Positions 31,626-42,081 of a DNA stretch of 64,000 bases are shown in pieces. The notes beneath the pieces were generated by a model. It saw only the letters and a program-made list of their open reading frames with translations, had not been told where the DNA came from and searched no databases. Each line of letters opens with the position of its first letter. Position 1 is the stretch's first letter. This DNA comes from Alphaproteobacteria bacterium (GTDB lineage: Bacteria; Pseudomonadota; Alphaproteobacteria; Rickettsiales; VGDC01), in assembly GCA_022450665.1 (NCBI GenBank), contig JAKUPQ010000001.1, positions 1,272-65,271 on the forward strand, read 5' to 3'. The position numbers and the translations under genes are program-made.

Positions 31626-32342
31626 TTGCATTTTAATATTGTGAGAACTATATACGTGAATTATGCGACTGCAAATGGCGAAAACCAAGCCTTTACTCAA
31701 AAAAATATTCCTCATCTTCATGTAATGCTACGGCAGATAAGACATCACAACGCGCTTAATGCCCAAAATGTGATGCGGTTTTTTATGGTTAAGCTACCCT
31801 ATGTTATAGCTATTATCTCTGTATTTTTTCTTGTGATGTATATGGCATTGTGGAGGCCATTGCGAAAAGCGTTATTTTCTTTGCGCGAAGGGCTTTATTT
31901 CTCTTGGGGAGATTTTATATTGTTTTTTGTCATTAGCTTGCTACTGCTTTGTGCAATGTCTGTGATCTTATGGCGGCACTATAGAAACGAATGTACACGG
32001 CTTTATATATGCAATTTCGGTGCGCAAACCGAACACTATAATTTTGATAAAGACTATAGGGAATATCAGTTTGTAGATGGCGCGCAAAACTCGCACAGCA
32101 AGCCGTTTGCCGAGGATTACGTGGCTAATTTTCCTATGCTAAGCCGTTGGTTTAAACGATCTGGCGATGGAGCAGGGCGCTTCCATCTTTTTGCAAAAGA
32201 CGGAGCTGCTGATGCTGCCAAAACCATTGCCAGCAGCAATAGCGCAAAGGTGTTTTATGCCCCCAAAAATCCGGAAATGAGCCAGATGGTAGTTGCGGGC
32301 TGTATGAAAGAATATCAATGGTACAACCGCGCTGCCAACTAA
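31626..32342 (+). CDS. Hypothetical membrane protein
   Basis: Two predicted TM helices ([20 protein letters not shown] and [20 protein letters not shown]). The start is uncertain: TTG 31626, or ATG 31725 and later. No family recognised. Confidence 0.4.
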   Translation: MHFNIVRTIYVNYATANGENQAFTQKNIPHLHVMLRQIRHHNALNAQNVMRFFMVKLPYVIAIISVFFLVMYMALWRPLRKALFSLREGLYFSWGDFILFFVISLLLLCAMSVILWRHYRNECTRLYICNFGAQTEHYNFDKDYREYQFVDGAQNSHSKPFAEDYVANFPMLSRWFKRSGDGAGRFHLFAKDGAADAAKTIASSNSAKVFYAPKNPEMSQMVVAGCMKEYQWYNRAAN

Positions 32343-35230
32343 GCTGCTTTATTTTTTTTATTTTGAAGTAACGGTTTTAAATACCTTCCGGTAACGCTAT
32401 CGTCATTTTTTATCAGCTCCTCAGGCGTGCCTTCTGCCACTACTTTGCCGCCTTTATCGCCGCCGCCCGGGCCAATATCAATCACCCAATCTGCCGATTT
32501 TATAACATCCAGATTATGCTCGATAATTACCATGCTGTTGCCAGATTCTACCAGTTTTTGCAGCACTTGCAGCAGTTTGCCAATATCATGAGTATGAAGG
32601 CCGGTGGTGGGTTCATCGAGAATGTATAACGTGTTGCCGGTAGCGCGTTTGGACAGCTCACGGGCAAGCTTAATGCGTTGCGCCTCGCCGCCCGAAAGTG
32701 TGGTGGCAGATTGCCCCGTTTTAATATAGCCGAGGCCAACTTCTTCGAGTGCCGCAAGTTTTTCGCGTATGACAGGCACATTTGTAAAGAATTCCACCGA
32801 TTCAGATACGGTCATATGCAATACATCGGCGATAGATTTGTCTTTATATTTAATTTCCAGCGTTTCACGGTTGTAACGCATCCCTTTACAAACATCACAG
32901 CGCACATAAACATCGGGCAAAAAATGCATTTCGATTTTGATCATGCCATCGCCCTGACACGCTTCACAGCGCCCGCCTTTAACGTTGAACGAAAAACGTC
33001 CGGGTTTATATCCGCGTGCCTGTGATTCGGGCAAATTGGCAAACCAATCGCGAATGGGCGAAAATGCGCCGGTATAGGTAGCAGGGTTTGAACGGGGTGT
33101 GCGGCCAATAGGGGATTGATCGATTTCGATGATTTTATCGATATTTTCAATTCCCGTAATTTTGTCGTGCGCACCCGGATTGCTACGGCTTTTATGTAGC
33201 TTTTTCATCACTGCTTTATACAGCGTTTCGATAATCAGGCTTGATTTACCGCCTCCCGAAACCCCACTCACAACGGTCATGATGCCTAATGGAATTTCAA
33301 CGTTAATATTTTGCAGATTGTTGGTATGTGCATTATGAATGGTAATACGTTTATGTTTTTTGCCTGCGCGGCGCTCTTGCGGAACGGCAATTTCTTTCTT
33401 GCCGCTAAGGTATTGTCCAGTAATGCTTTCCGGTATGTTCATTACCTCTTGCGGGGTGCCTGCAGCCACTACAAGGCCGCCATTCACACCTGCACCAGGC
33501 CCCATATCAACCAAATAATCTGCAGCGCGCATGGTGTCTTCATCGTGTTCTACCACAATAACGGTATTACCAATGTTACGTAGGTTTTTTAGCGTTGCTA
33601 ACAAGCGCTCATTATCGCATTGATGTAATCCTATGGATGGCTCATCTAATACGTATAATACTCCGGTTAATCCAGCACCTATTTGCGAAGCCAGACGGAT
33701 ACGCTGGCTTTCACCCCCCGACAACGTGCCTGATTCGCGGGATAGCGTGAGGTAGTCTAAGCCAACATTCACCAAAAAACCTAGTCGTTGGCGTAGTTCC
33801 AGAAGTATTTTGTCGGATATTTTCTGGTGTTTTGGGCTAAGTCGCTCTGTCAAATTTTCAAACCACTCTGCGGCTTTTTCAATAGTGAATTGAGTGATAT
33901 GCCCTATGTGCAATCCATCAATTTTCACGCAAAGGGTTTCTTCTTTCAGGCGATGTCCGCCACAGCTATGACAAGGCTGGTTATTTTGATATTTCGAAAT
34001 TTCCTCGCGCGACCAATTGCTTTCTGTTTCCAGATAGCGGCGCTGCATGTTATTTACTACGCCTTCATATGGCTTTTTAGACACATAATTGCGCAGGCCA
34101 TCATTGTAGGCAATGCGTACAACTTCTTCGCCACTTCCATAAAGGACAATTTCTTTATGCTCGTCGCTCAAATCTTTGAAGGGTATGTCTAACCTAAAGT
34201 CAAAGTGCTTTGCTAATCCTTCAAGGGTCTGAATATAATATTTAGAGGTGGAGCTGGCCCAAGGTGCAATTGCACCCTGACGAAGTGTGAGCTTGGTGTC
34301 CGGCACAACCAGATCAGGATCTATCACCATTTGCGAACCCAGGCCATCGCAGGTGGGACAGGCGCCAAAGGGGCTGTTAAAAGAAAACAGGCGCGGTTCG
34401 ATTTCTGAAAGGGTAAAGCCGGATATAGGGCAGGCGAACTTAGAAGAAAAAGTGATAATATCACCTACATTATGTTCGGTGTCGCCTTCTGCGGGTTTAA
34501 CAATTTCTATCAGCACCATACCGTCACTTAAGCTAAGTGCGGTCTCCAAGCTGTCGGGCAAACGGTTTCCTAAATCTTCGCGCACGATAATGCGGTCTAC
34601 TACCACCTCAAGGTTATGTTTTTTGTTCTTATCGAGGGAGGGAACATCATCAATCTCCATCATCTCGCCATTAACCTTAACGCGCTGAAAGCCACGTTTT
34701 TTGAGGTCGAGTATTTCTCTGACATGCGTTCCTTTTTGGCCGCGTGAAACCGGCGACATGATATGCAGTCGCGTTCCTTCGGGCAGCTCCATAACCAAGT
34801 CGGCCATTTGCGAAATGGTTTGGCTTTCAATAGGCAATCCAGTAGCGGGAGAGTAAGGAACACCAATGCGCGCATATAATAGACGCAGATAATCATATAT
34901 TTCTGTCACCGTTCCGACAGTAGAGCGGGGATTGCGCGAGGTAGTTTTTTGATCAATAGCAATGGCTGGCGAAAGTCCAGTAATGCTTTCAACGTCAGGC
35001 TTATCCTGAATATTCAAAAATTGACGCGCATAGGCTGAAAGGCTTTCAACATAACGGCGCTGACCCTCGGCATAAATCGTGTCAAAGGCCAAAGAAGACT
35101 TGCCCGACCCTGAAAGGCCGGTGATGATAATCAGTTCATTTCGAGGTAGATTAACGTCAACATTCTGCAGGTTATGTTCTTTTGCTCCGCGTACGCATAT
35201 GTGGGTATTCATGTCGGTTGCGGTGGCCAT
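32339..35230 (-). CDS. uvrA: Excinuclease ABC subunit A
   Basis: 963 aa with two ABC modules ([24 protein letters not shown]) and zinc-finger Cys pairs. Confidence 0.95.
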   Translation of the reverse strand: MATATDMNTHICVRGAKEHNLQNVDVNLPRNELIIITGLSGSGKSSLAFDTIYAEGQRRYVESLSAYARQFLNIQDKPDVESITGLSPAIAIDQKTTSRNPRSTVGTVTEIYDYLRLLYARIGVPYSPATGLPIESQTISQMADLVMELPEGTRLHIMSPVSRGQKGTHVREILDLKKRGFQRVKVNGEMMEIDDVPSLDKNKKHNLEVVVDRIIVREDLGNRLPDSLETALSLSDGMVLIEIVKPAEGDTEHNVGDIITFSSKFACPISGFTLSEIEPRLFSFNSPFGACPTCDGLGSQMVIDPDLVVPDTKLTLRQGAIAPWASSTSKYYIQTLEGLAKHFDFRLDIPFKDLSDEHKEIVLYGSGEEVVRIAYNDGLRNYVSKKPYEGVVNNMQRRYLETESNWSREEISKYQNNQPCHSCGGHRLKEETLCVKIDGLHIGHITQFTIEKAAEWFENLTERLSPKHQKISDKILLELRQRLGFLVNVGLDYLTLSRESGTLSGGESQRIRLASQIGAGLTGVLYVLDEPSIGLHQCDNERLLATLKNLRNIGNTVIVVEHDEDTMRAADYLVDMGPGAGVNGGLVVAAGTPQEVMNIPESITGQYLSGKKEIAVPQERRAGKKHKRITIHNAHTNNLQNINVEIPLGIMTVVSGVSGGGKSSLIIETLYKAVMKKLHKSRSNPGAHDKITGIENIDKIIEIDQSPIGRTPRSNPATYTGAFSPIRDWFANLPESQARGYKPGRFSFNVKGGRCEACQGDGMIKIEMHFLPDVYVRCDVCKGMRYNRETLEIKYKDKSIADVLHMTVSESVEFFTNVPVIREKLAALEEVGLGYIKTGQSATTLSGGEAQRIKLARELSKRATGNTLYILDEPTTGLHTHDIGKLLQVLQKLVESGNSMVIIEHNLDVIKSADWVIDIGPGGGDKGGKVVAEGTPEELIKNDDSVTGRYLKPLLQNKKNKAA

Positions 35231-35400
35231 ATGCTTACTCCTTGCTATACATTCAGGCGAAAAATCGCCGAAAACCCTATGTGTAAGGGGCGCTAATACT
35301 ACGCAATCTTTTCGCAGTTGTCAGTCGTTTTTTAGTTTATTTGTCTGGTAGTGTTGATATAGTGTCGCCTTCACAGAATTTAAAGACCTGAGGAGGAATC

Positions 35401-35874
35401 ATGGCTGGCAGTGTAAATAAAGTGATATTAGTAGGTAATCTAGGCCGCGACCCAGAAATTCGTAGCACACAAGATGGCCGCGAAATTGCCAATCTTGCTA
35501 TTGCTACCTCGGATAGCTGGAAAGATAAAAACACCGGCGAACGCCGCGAAAAGACTGAATGGCACCGCGTTGTAATTTTTAGCGACGGTTTAGTGAATGT
35601 GGTAAAAAACTATTTGCGTAAAGGTGCAAAGGTTTATATCGAAGGCTCACTACAAACCCGTAAATGGACAGACCAGCAAGGCGTAGAGAAATACTCTACC
35701 GAAGTGGTCTTACAAGGCTTTGGCTCTACATTGACAATGCTCGATGGCAAAGGCGAGGGTGGTGGAAGCAGCGCTGGTGGTAGTAGCTACGGCGATGCAG
35801 GAAATAATTTCAGCAGCAACAAAGCTGCCGCGCCCATGGCCGATGCGGGTATAGATGATGAAATTCCGTTTTAA
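35401..35874 (+). CDS. ssb: Single-stranded DNA-binding protein
   Basis: [16 protein letters not shown]-fold start, Gly-rich linker, acidic tip DDEIPF. GAGGAGG RBS. Divergent from uvrA. Confidence 0.9.
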   Translation: MAGSVNKVILVGNLGRDPEIRSTQDGREIANLAIATSDSWKDKNTGERREKTEWHRVVIFSDGLVNVVKNYLRKGAKVYIEGSLQTRKWTDQQGVEKYSTEVVLQGFGSTLTMLDGKGEGGGSSAGGSSYGDAGNNFSSNKAAAPMADAGIDDEIPF

Positions 35875-35933
35875 TAATTGTTAAATAATGTATGCGACAG
35901 AGTTTTATTGTCACATAGATGCACAGGTAGAAT

Positions 35934-36794
35934 ATGCAGGAATTTCCAAATGGAATTCCATTTTTGAAAATGCATGGCGCCGGAAATGATTTTGTTGTTA
36001 TAGACAATCGTTCCGGCGCTGTTGCGTTGGATAAAACTAACTTACAACTATTGGCAAACCGACGCTATGGTGTGGGCTGCGATCAGATTGTTCTGCTCGA
36101 AAAAAGCAGCGTTGCCGATGTGTTTATGCGCTTATATAATTGCGATGGCGGCGAAGTATTCGCCTGTGGCAACGCCACCCGCTGCGTGGCGTGGCTGATA
36201 ATGGGCGAAACTGGAAAGCCTCATGTAAAAGTCGAAACCAAAGCCGATGTGCTGTCTTGTGACAGCGCCGACGATATGGCGGTGACCGTAAATATGGGAA
36301 CGCCGCGTTTTGATTGGCAGTCGATTCCATTGGCGCGCAAAGTGGATACTTTCAATATTCCATTTATTCGCATTGGCGCGCTCCATGAAGGCTTTGCCCT
36401 GAGTATGGGTAATCCGCATATTGTATTCGAGTCAAATGATGTTGATAAAGCGCCGCTTGAGGATGCAGGGCCACGTATAGAAAATCACGAATTGTTTCCA
36501 GAGCGTATTAATGTTGAGATTATGCAGGTAGTGGCACGCGACCATTTGAAGGTGCGGGTTTGGGAGCGAGGCGTTGGAGAAACGCTGGCCTGCGGCACAG
36601 GTGCATGTGCAGCAATGGTTGCAGCGTGGATGCGCGGCTTAGTAGACAACAAGGCGACGGTGAGTTTGCCCGGTGGCGACTTAATTATTGAGTTTTCAGG
36701 TGAGCAAAAAGCCGAAAATGCGTGGCATGGTAACGATGTATTAATGACAGGCCCTGTGGCGCTGGTTGCCAAAGGAGAATGGATGCAGCCATGA
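35934..36794 (+). CDS. dapF: Diaminopimelate epimerase
   Basis: HGAGNDF plus the two catalytic-Cys motifs ACGNATRC and ACGTGACA. Confidence 0.9.
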   Translation: MQEFPNGIPFLKMHGAGNDFVVIDNRSGAVALDKTNLQLLANRRYGVGCDQIVLLEKSSVADVFMRLYNCDGGEVFACGNATRCVAWLIMGETGKPHVKVETKADVLSCDSADDMAVTVNMGTPRFDWQSIPLARKVDTFNIPFIRIGALHEGFALSMGNPHIVFESNDVDKAPLEDAGPRIENHELFPERINVEIMQVVARDHLKVRVWERGVGETLACGTGACAAMVAAWMRGLVDNKATVSLPGGDLIIEFSGEQKAENAWHGNDVLMTGPVALVAKGEWMQP

Positions 36795-38041
36795 CCATTG
36801 ATGTTGTAACCTTCGGATGCCGCCTGAACACCTATGAAAGCGAGGTGATGCGCCAACATGCGAAAACGGCAGGGTTGAAAGATACGATTATCTTTAATAC
36901 TTGCGCCGTAACCAAAGAAGCTGAACGCCAAGCACGGCAGGCTATTCGCCGCGCTCGTCGCAACAACCCCAATGCGAAAATTATTGTTACGGGCTGCGCC
37001 GCACAAGTCGCTCCCGAGAAATACAGCGGAATGGATGAAGTGAATGCCGTGCTGGGTAATGAAGAAAAAATGCACGCGCAAAGCTATCGCTTCATGCCCG
37101 AACCCGAGACGGTACGGGTTAATGATATTATGTCCGTCAAAGAAACAGCCGAGCATATGATTGGCGGGTTCGAGGGCAAAGCGCGAGCATTTGTTCAGGT
37201 GCAAAATGGCTGTGACCACCGCTGTACATTCTGCATTATCCCCTTTGGCCGTGGCAACAGCCGTTCTGTTCCTATCGGAGAAATTGTTAATCAGGTGCGT
37301 AAATTAGCACAGGCGGGCTATAAAGAGGTCGTATTGACAGGGGTAGATATCAGTGCGTATGGCGCGGATTTACCCGGACGTCCTACTTTAGGGCAAATGA
37401 CGCGCCGATTATTAGCGCAAGTGCCTGAGCTGCCACGGCTGCGTATTTCCTCCATAGACGCCATTGAAGTGGATGATGACTTGTTTACATTACTGGCAGA
37501 AGAGCCGCGGTTGATGCCTCACATGCATTTGAGTCTGCAGGCAGGGGATAATATGATTCTAAAGCGCATGAAGCGCCGTCATTCCCGCGAGGATGCGCTG
37601 ACACTGATACGCCGTCTGCGTGAAGCGCGCCCGGATATGGTCTTAGGCGCTGATTTTATAGCTGGCTTTCCAACAGAAACCGAAGAAATGTTTGCCAACA
37701 CCTTAAAGCTGGTGGAGGAGGCTAACATTACTTATTTGCATGTATTCCCATATTCTGAACGCGAGGGTACACCGGCTGCGCGCATGCCACAGGTAGAAAA
37801 ATCCGAACGTAAATTGCGTGCTTCTCGGCTGCGTAAACTTGGCGAACAGCAAATGCAGCGGTTTTTAAATAGCCAAATTGGTATGCAATGTAATGTGTTG
37901 ATAGAAAAAGAAGATATGGGAAGAAATGAATATTTCGCTGGCGTTAGTCTTGCGCAGAATAATTTTGAAATTGGTAGCGTAATTACCGTTAAAATTACAG
38001 GCCATGATGGCCATTTGTTACTAGGAGAACATATCCAATGA
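36791..38041 (+). CDS. mtaB: tRNA methylthiotransferase MtaB (radical SAM)
   Basis: TFGCRLNTYESE, CDHRCTFCIIP (CxxxCxxC) and a TRAM-like C-terminus. ATGA overlap with the dapF stop. Confidence 0.8.
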   Translation: MTIDVVTFGCRLNTYESEVMRQHAKTAGLKDTIIFNTCAVTKEAERQARQAIRRARRNNPNAKIIVTGCAAQVAPEKYSGMDEVNAVLGNEEKMHAQSYRFMPEPETVRVNDIMSVKETAEHMIGGFEGKARAFVQVQNGCDHRCTFCIIPFGRGNSRSVPIGEIVNQVRKLAQAGYKEVVLTGVDISAYGADLPGRPTLGQMTRRLLAQVPELPRLRISSIDAIEVDDDLFTLLAEEPRLMPHMHLSLQAGDNMILKRMKRRHSREDALTLIRRLREARPDMVLGADFIAGFPTETEEMFANTLKLVEEANITYLHVFPYSEREGTPAARMPQVEKSERKLRASRLRKLGEQQMQRFLNSQIGMQCNVLIEKEDMGRNEYFAGVSLAQNNFEIGSVITVKITGHDGHLLLGEHIQ

Positions 38042-39150
38042 TGCGCTTTTTCAAAAAAACCGAAAAAGAGAATGCACCCGCAGAAGAACAAAATGCAGAG
38101 CAGGGCGGCGATCAAAAAACCATACAAGAGATGCCAGTACCTGAGCTTGTAGACATTCCTCTGCCGCAAGGGACTGAAGCCGCGTCTGCTACTGCAGAAC
38201 CAAAAACTGTTACACCGCAACTCACCGCCGAAGAGCAGGAAAAGAACTGGTTTGCACGCTTAAAGAATGGATTAAGTAAAACCTCCAGTCAGTTGAATAC
38301 GGGTATTTTTTCTATTTTCACTAAACGAAAGCTTGATGATGAGGCGATTGAAGAACTTGAAGAGCTATTAATACGCGCCGATATGGGGGCAAAAGTAGCA
38401 ACACGTATCGCAAATGATTTTGCGCAGGGGCGTTTTAATAAAGAGATTTCTCCAGAAGAAGTAAAAAGCGAGCTTTCTGCAAGTATTGCTAAAATTCTAG
38501 AGCCTGTAGCTGTTTCGGTGGATATAGACGGCAAGTCTAAGCCTCATGTTATGGTTGTTGTTGGCGTAAACGGCAATGGCAAAACTACCACTATAGGTAA
38601 AATGGCCAATTTGCTTAAACAGGGTGGATGGTCTGTGATGATGGCGGCTGGCGATACATTCCGCGCTGCCGCTGTAGACCAGTTGCAGGTGTGGGGCGAG
38701 CGCACAGGGTGCGAAGTGATTACAGGCGCAGCGCAAGCCGATCCTGCAAGTGTGGTCTATCGTGCCTATGAAAAAGCGCGGTCGGATGGGGTGGATGTGC
38801 TGCTGATCGACACCGCAGGGCGGCTGCATAATAAAAACAACCTAATGGCCGAGCTGCAAAAAATATTTAAAGTTATTAAGAAAATCGATGCTGATGCGCC
38901 ACACAGCGTGGTGCAAGTGTTAGACGCAACCACAGGCCAAAATGCATTGGCACAAGTAGAGGCATTTAAAAATATGGTAGATGATACCGTATTGATTGTG
39001 ACTAAGCTTGATGGTACAGCCAAAGGCGGTGTGGTGGTGGCGCTTGCAGAAAAATTCAATCTGCCCATTCATGCGATTGGTGTGGGCGAGGCTGTGGATG
39101 ACCTAAGGAATTTTGAGGCGTCTGATTTTGCAAAAAACCTACTTGGATAA
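38038..39150 (+). CDS. ftsY: Signal recognition particle receptor FtsY
   Basis: GVNGNGKTTTIGK and DTAGRL motifs. Acidic N-terminal region. ATGA overlap with the mtaB stop. Confidence 0.9.
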   Translation: MMRFFKKTEKENAPAEEQNAEQGGDQKTIQEMPVPELVDIPLPQGTEAASATAEPKTVTPQLTAEEQEKNWFARLKNGLSKTSSQLNTGIFSIFTKRKLDDEAIEELEELLIRADMGAKVATRIANDFAQGRFNKEISPEEVKSELSASIAKILEPVAVSVDIDGKSKPHVMVVVGVNGNGKTTTIGKMANLLKQGGWSVMMAAGDTFRAAAVDQLQVWGERTGCEVITGAAQADPASVVYRAYEKARSDGVDVLLIDTAGRLHNKNNLMAELQKIFKVIKKIDADAPHSVVQVLDATTGQNALAQVEAFKNMVDDTVLIVTKLDGTAKGGVVVALAEKFNLPIHAIGVGEAVDDLRNFEASDFAKNLLG

Positions 39151-39282
39151 AATTTTTCTTAAAAATTTAACTAAAAACTAAGCATTCTGCGCCACAATAT
39201 GCAATACTGGACAAATTATACAGTAAAGATAGCATTGTAAAAAATCTGTAATGTCTTTATTGTATGATGTAATTATAACCTC

Positions 39283-39324
39283 CGTATGCGTATTATGTAT
39301 TATGCGTATCTCGTATGCGGTATT
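39283..39324 (+). promoter_or_regulatory. Cluster of TATGCG direct repeats in the virB3 leader
   Basis: TATGCG occurs at 39285-39290, 39301-39306 and 39315-39320 within cCGTATGCGTATTATGTATTATGCGTATCTCGTATGCGGTATTg. The cluster ends about 13 nt before the virB3 ATG. Confidence 0.3.
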
Positions 39325-39337
39325 GTCAAGCAGGTAA

Positions 39338-39658
39338 ATGAGTATGGCTGATGCTGGACATCTTCAAGCAGACCCTCTTTTTCAGGGATTAACGCGCCCC
39401 GCTATGATCTTGGGCGTGAGTTACATGTACTTTGTAATTAACTCCGTTATCAACATGGTTATTTTTATTAACACGGCGAGTCCTATTTACTTGTTCGTAG
39501 TTGGCCCGTTTTGCCATGGTATCGGCTATCTGATTTGTTTGCGCGAGCCGCGTGCAATTGAGCTGCTCATGGTAAAAACCAGTAAATGCTGGAAATTGGC
39601 TCCTGTGTCCCGTGTTCGTCGTTTCCACGGCTACACCAATTCGTATGATGTGTATTGA
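39338..39658 (+). CDS. virB3: Type IV secretion protein VirB3
   Basis: DPLFQGLTRPAMILGV motif followed by two TM helices, about 106 aa, directly upstream of virB4. An alternative ATG lies at 39344. Confidence 0.8.
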   Translation: MSMADAGHLQADPLFQGLTRPAMILGVSYMYFVINSVINMVIFINTASPIYLFVVGPFCHGIGYLICLREPRAIELLMVKTSKCWKLAPVSRVRRFHGYTNSYDVY

Positions 39659-39660
39659 TT

Positions 39661-42081
39661 ATGAAATTTTCTAAACGTCAAGCAACGAAAAGCGGTATTT
39701 CGAATTACGAAGTCTCTATGGCTGAGTTTATCCCATATTTTTGTCATTGGGATAAAGAAACCATTATGACTAAAAACCATGAGCTGCTACATACAATTCG
39801 CGTGGAGGGGTTCTCTTTTGAGACTGCTGATGACGAAGATGTGGACATGAAAAAAATGGTTCGCAATTCGCTGTTCAAAAGTTTGGCCTCAGGTAATTTT
39901 GGGTTATATTTTCATACCATAAGACGCCGTCAAAGTAAGTTTCCTGCTGGTAAGATGCCGCCGGGATTTGCTGATTATGTAAATGAGTTGTGGCGCCGCA
40001 AGCACCATTCGCGCAACTCCTACACGAATGAGCTGTATGTTACAATTGTGCGCAAAGCCGATAAAAAAGGCGCAGCAAAGCTTGAGCATATGTCGCGTCA
40101 AATTTTGCAAAAAGCCGATAAAGCCTCACGAGATGAAGCATTAAAAGAAGCGCATAAAGAGCTTGCAGAGGTATCTAGCCGCGTTGTTACCAGTTTGCGT
40201 GATTATGCGCCGCATTTGCTAACCGTAGTTGAAACCGATGTTGGGGCGTTTTCCGAGCCGTTAGAGTTTTTTGGCGCTTTAGTAAATGGTGGAGCAACCC
40301 AACCCGTATTAGTGCCTACCATGGATGTTTCGCATTTGCTACCAACGCGCCGAATGTATTTTGGTAAGCGTGCGATTGAAATGCGTGGCCCTACTAATCG
40401 TCGCTATGCAGGTATTGTGAGTATTAAAGAATACTCTGCAGCTACTGCAGCAGGAATTCTGGATTCCTTCTTGCAGCTCCCATTCGAGTTTATTATTACG
40501 CAATCCTTCCTTTTTGAAAACCGACAAACAAATATTGAATCTATGCAGCGTCAACAGCGCAAATTGATTCAGGCAGAGGATGTTGCTGTTTCGCAGGTTG
40601 CCGAAATTAGTGAAGCCCTCGATATGACTATGAGTGGTCATGTTGCCTTTGGCCAGCACCACTTAACTGTTTTATGTATTGAAGACAGTCTGTCAGCGCT
40701 AGAGGATACTGTCTCGTTAGCGATTTCTGAATTGGTGAATGTGGGTATCAACCCTGTGCGGGAAAAGGCATTTATGGAGCCAGCGTATTGGGCGCAATTG
40801 CCAGGAAATATGGATTATGTAGCTCGCAAAGCCATGATTAACAGCATGAATCTTTCGGGCTTTGCCTCGTTGCATAACTACCCTACCGGTCGCATACGCA
40901 ATAACCATTGGGGTGATGCGATGACGGTGCTGGATACTAGCTCGGGCACACCCTATTTTATGAATTTTCACCTCCGTGATGTAGGCCATACTACAATTAT
41001 TGGCCCAACTGGTGCTGGTAAAACAGTATTGATGAATTTCTTGTGCGCGCAGGCGCAAAAAGCCCATTGCCGCATGTTTTATTTTGATAAAGATCGCGGT
41101 GCAGATATTTTTATTCGCGCTCTGGGTGGCCAATATCACATTATTGAGCCGGGCGAAAATTGCCACTTCAATCCGCTGCAGCTTCCCGATACCATGGAAA
41201 ACCGCACATTTGTAGGTGAGTGGCTAAAATCCATGCTAACAGTTAACGGAGAAAGTTTTAGCGCGGATGATCAGGCGCTGGTTAACGAAGCGATTGTTGG
41301 TAATTACAAGCTCGCACCAAAAGATCGTATGTTACGCAATATCGCGCCATTCCTTGGCCTTGAAGGGCCAGGATCACTCGCCGGACGGCTGCGCATGTGG
41401 CATGGCGATGGCCGTTATTCCGGTTTGTTTGATAACCCGTATGATGGTGTGGATTTTAGTACTAGCGCTGTATTTGGTTTTGAGATGGGTAAAGTGCTGG
41501 CGGATAAAAATAGTCTTGTGCCGGTATTGCTGTATCTTTTCCACCAAATTCAAATGTCATTAGATGGCACTCCAACAATTATCGTATTGGATGAGGCATG
41601 GGCACTCATAGACAACCAGTTTTTTGCGAACAGAATTAAAGACTGGTTGAAAACCTTGCGTAAGTTGAACGCATTGGTGGTTTTCGCTACCCAGAGTGTG
41701 GAAGATGCAACAGCATCTAGTATCAGTGATACCTTAATTCAGCAAACTGCCACGCAGATTTTCTTACCAAACCCCAAGGCTACTGACAGCTATAAACAGG
41801 CGTTTATGATCAGTGATCGCGAATATAATTTGCTTAAAACAACCGATCCTGGTAGCCGCTATTTCCTTGTTAAGCAAGGCAAAGACGTGGTGGTAGCGCG
41901 GTTAGATTTATCGGGGATGGAGGATGTAGTACGTGTTTTATCAGGCACAGCGCGCACTGTTAGGTTGCTAGATAAAATCATTAAAGAGCTGGGGGATGAT
42001 GCCCCTGATGTATGGCTGCCAATTTTTATGGAAAGAGCAAAACGTATGGAACAGGAAGATGCAGAAGCAAAAAAATCCTGA
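39661..42081 (+). CDS. virB4: Type IV secretion ATPase VirB4
   Basis: About 800 aa. Walker A IIGPTGAGKTVLMNF, Walker B IIVLDEAW, FATQS motif. The ORF track start is TTG at 39655. Confidence 0.9.
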   Translation: MKFSKRQATKSGISNYEVSMAEFIPYFCHWDKETIMTKNHELLHTIRVEGFSFETADDEDVDMKKMVRNSLFKSLASGNFGLYFHTIRRRQSKFPAGKMPPGFADYVNELWRRKHHSRNSYTNELYVTIVRKADKKGAAKLEHMSRQILQKADKASRDEALKEAHKELAEVSSRVVTSLRDYAPHLLTVVETDVGAFSEPLEFFGALVNGGATQPVLVPTMDVSHLLPTRRMYFGKRAIEMRGPTNRRYAGIVSIKEYSAATAAGILDSFLQLPFEFIITQSFLFENRQTNIESMQRQQRKLIQAEDVAVSQVAEISEALDMTMSGHVAFGQHHLTVLCIEDSLSALEDTVSLAISELVNVGINPVREKAFMEPAYWAQLPGNMDYVARKAMINSMNLSGFASLHNYPTGRIRNNHWGDAMTVLDTSSGTPYFMNFHLRDVGHTTIIGPTGAGKTVLMNFLCAQAQKAHCRMFYFDKDRGADIFIRALGGQYHIIEPGENCHFNPLQLPDTMENRTFVGEWLKSMLTVNGESFSADDQALVNEAIVGNYKLAPKDRMLRNIAPFLGLEGPGSLAGRLRMWHGDGRYSGLFDNPYDGVDFSTSAVFGFEMGKVLADKNSLVPVLLYLFHQIQMSLDGTPTIIVLDEAWALIDNQFFANRIKDWLKTLRKLNALVVFATQSVEDATASSISDTLIQQTATQIFLPNPKATDSYKQAFMISDREYNLLKTTDPGSRYFLVKQGKDVVVARLDLSGMEDVVRVLSGTARTVRLLDKIIKELGDDAPDVWLPIFMERAKRMEQEDAEAKKS

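Noticed and set aside
35353-35367. A possible alphaproteobacterial LexA box (GTTC-N7-GTTC) in the uvrA-ssb divergent promoter. The sequence found is GTTGatatagtGTCG.
   Set aside because: Both half-sites deviate from the consensus, and I cannot tell whether this genome encodes LexA. This is too weak to call.
36485-37219. A 244-aa ORF antisense to the dapF/mtaB junction.
   Set aside because: It lies fully within two well-supported sense genes. It has no SD or recognisable motifs, and its composition mirrors the antisense of coding DNA.
37732-38220. A 162-aa ORF antisense across the mtaB/ftsY junction.
   Set aside because: It is antisense to two translationally coupled conserved genes, with no supporting signals.
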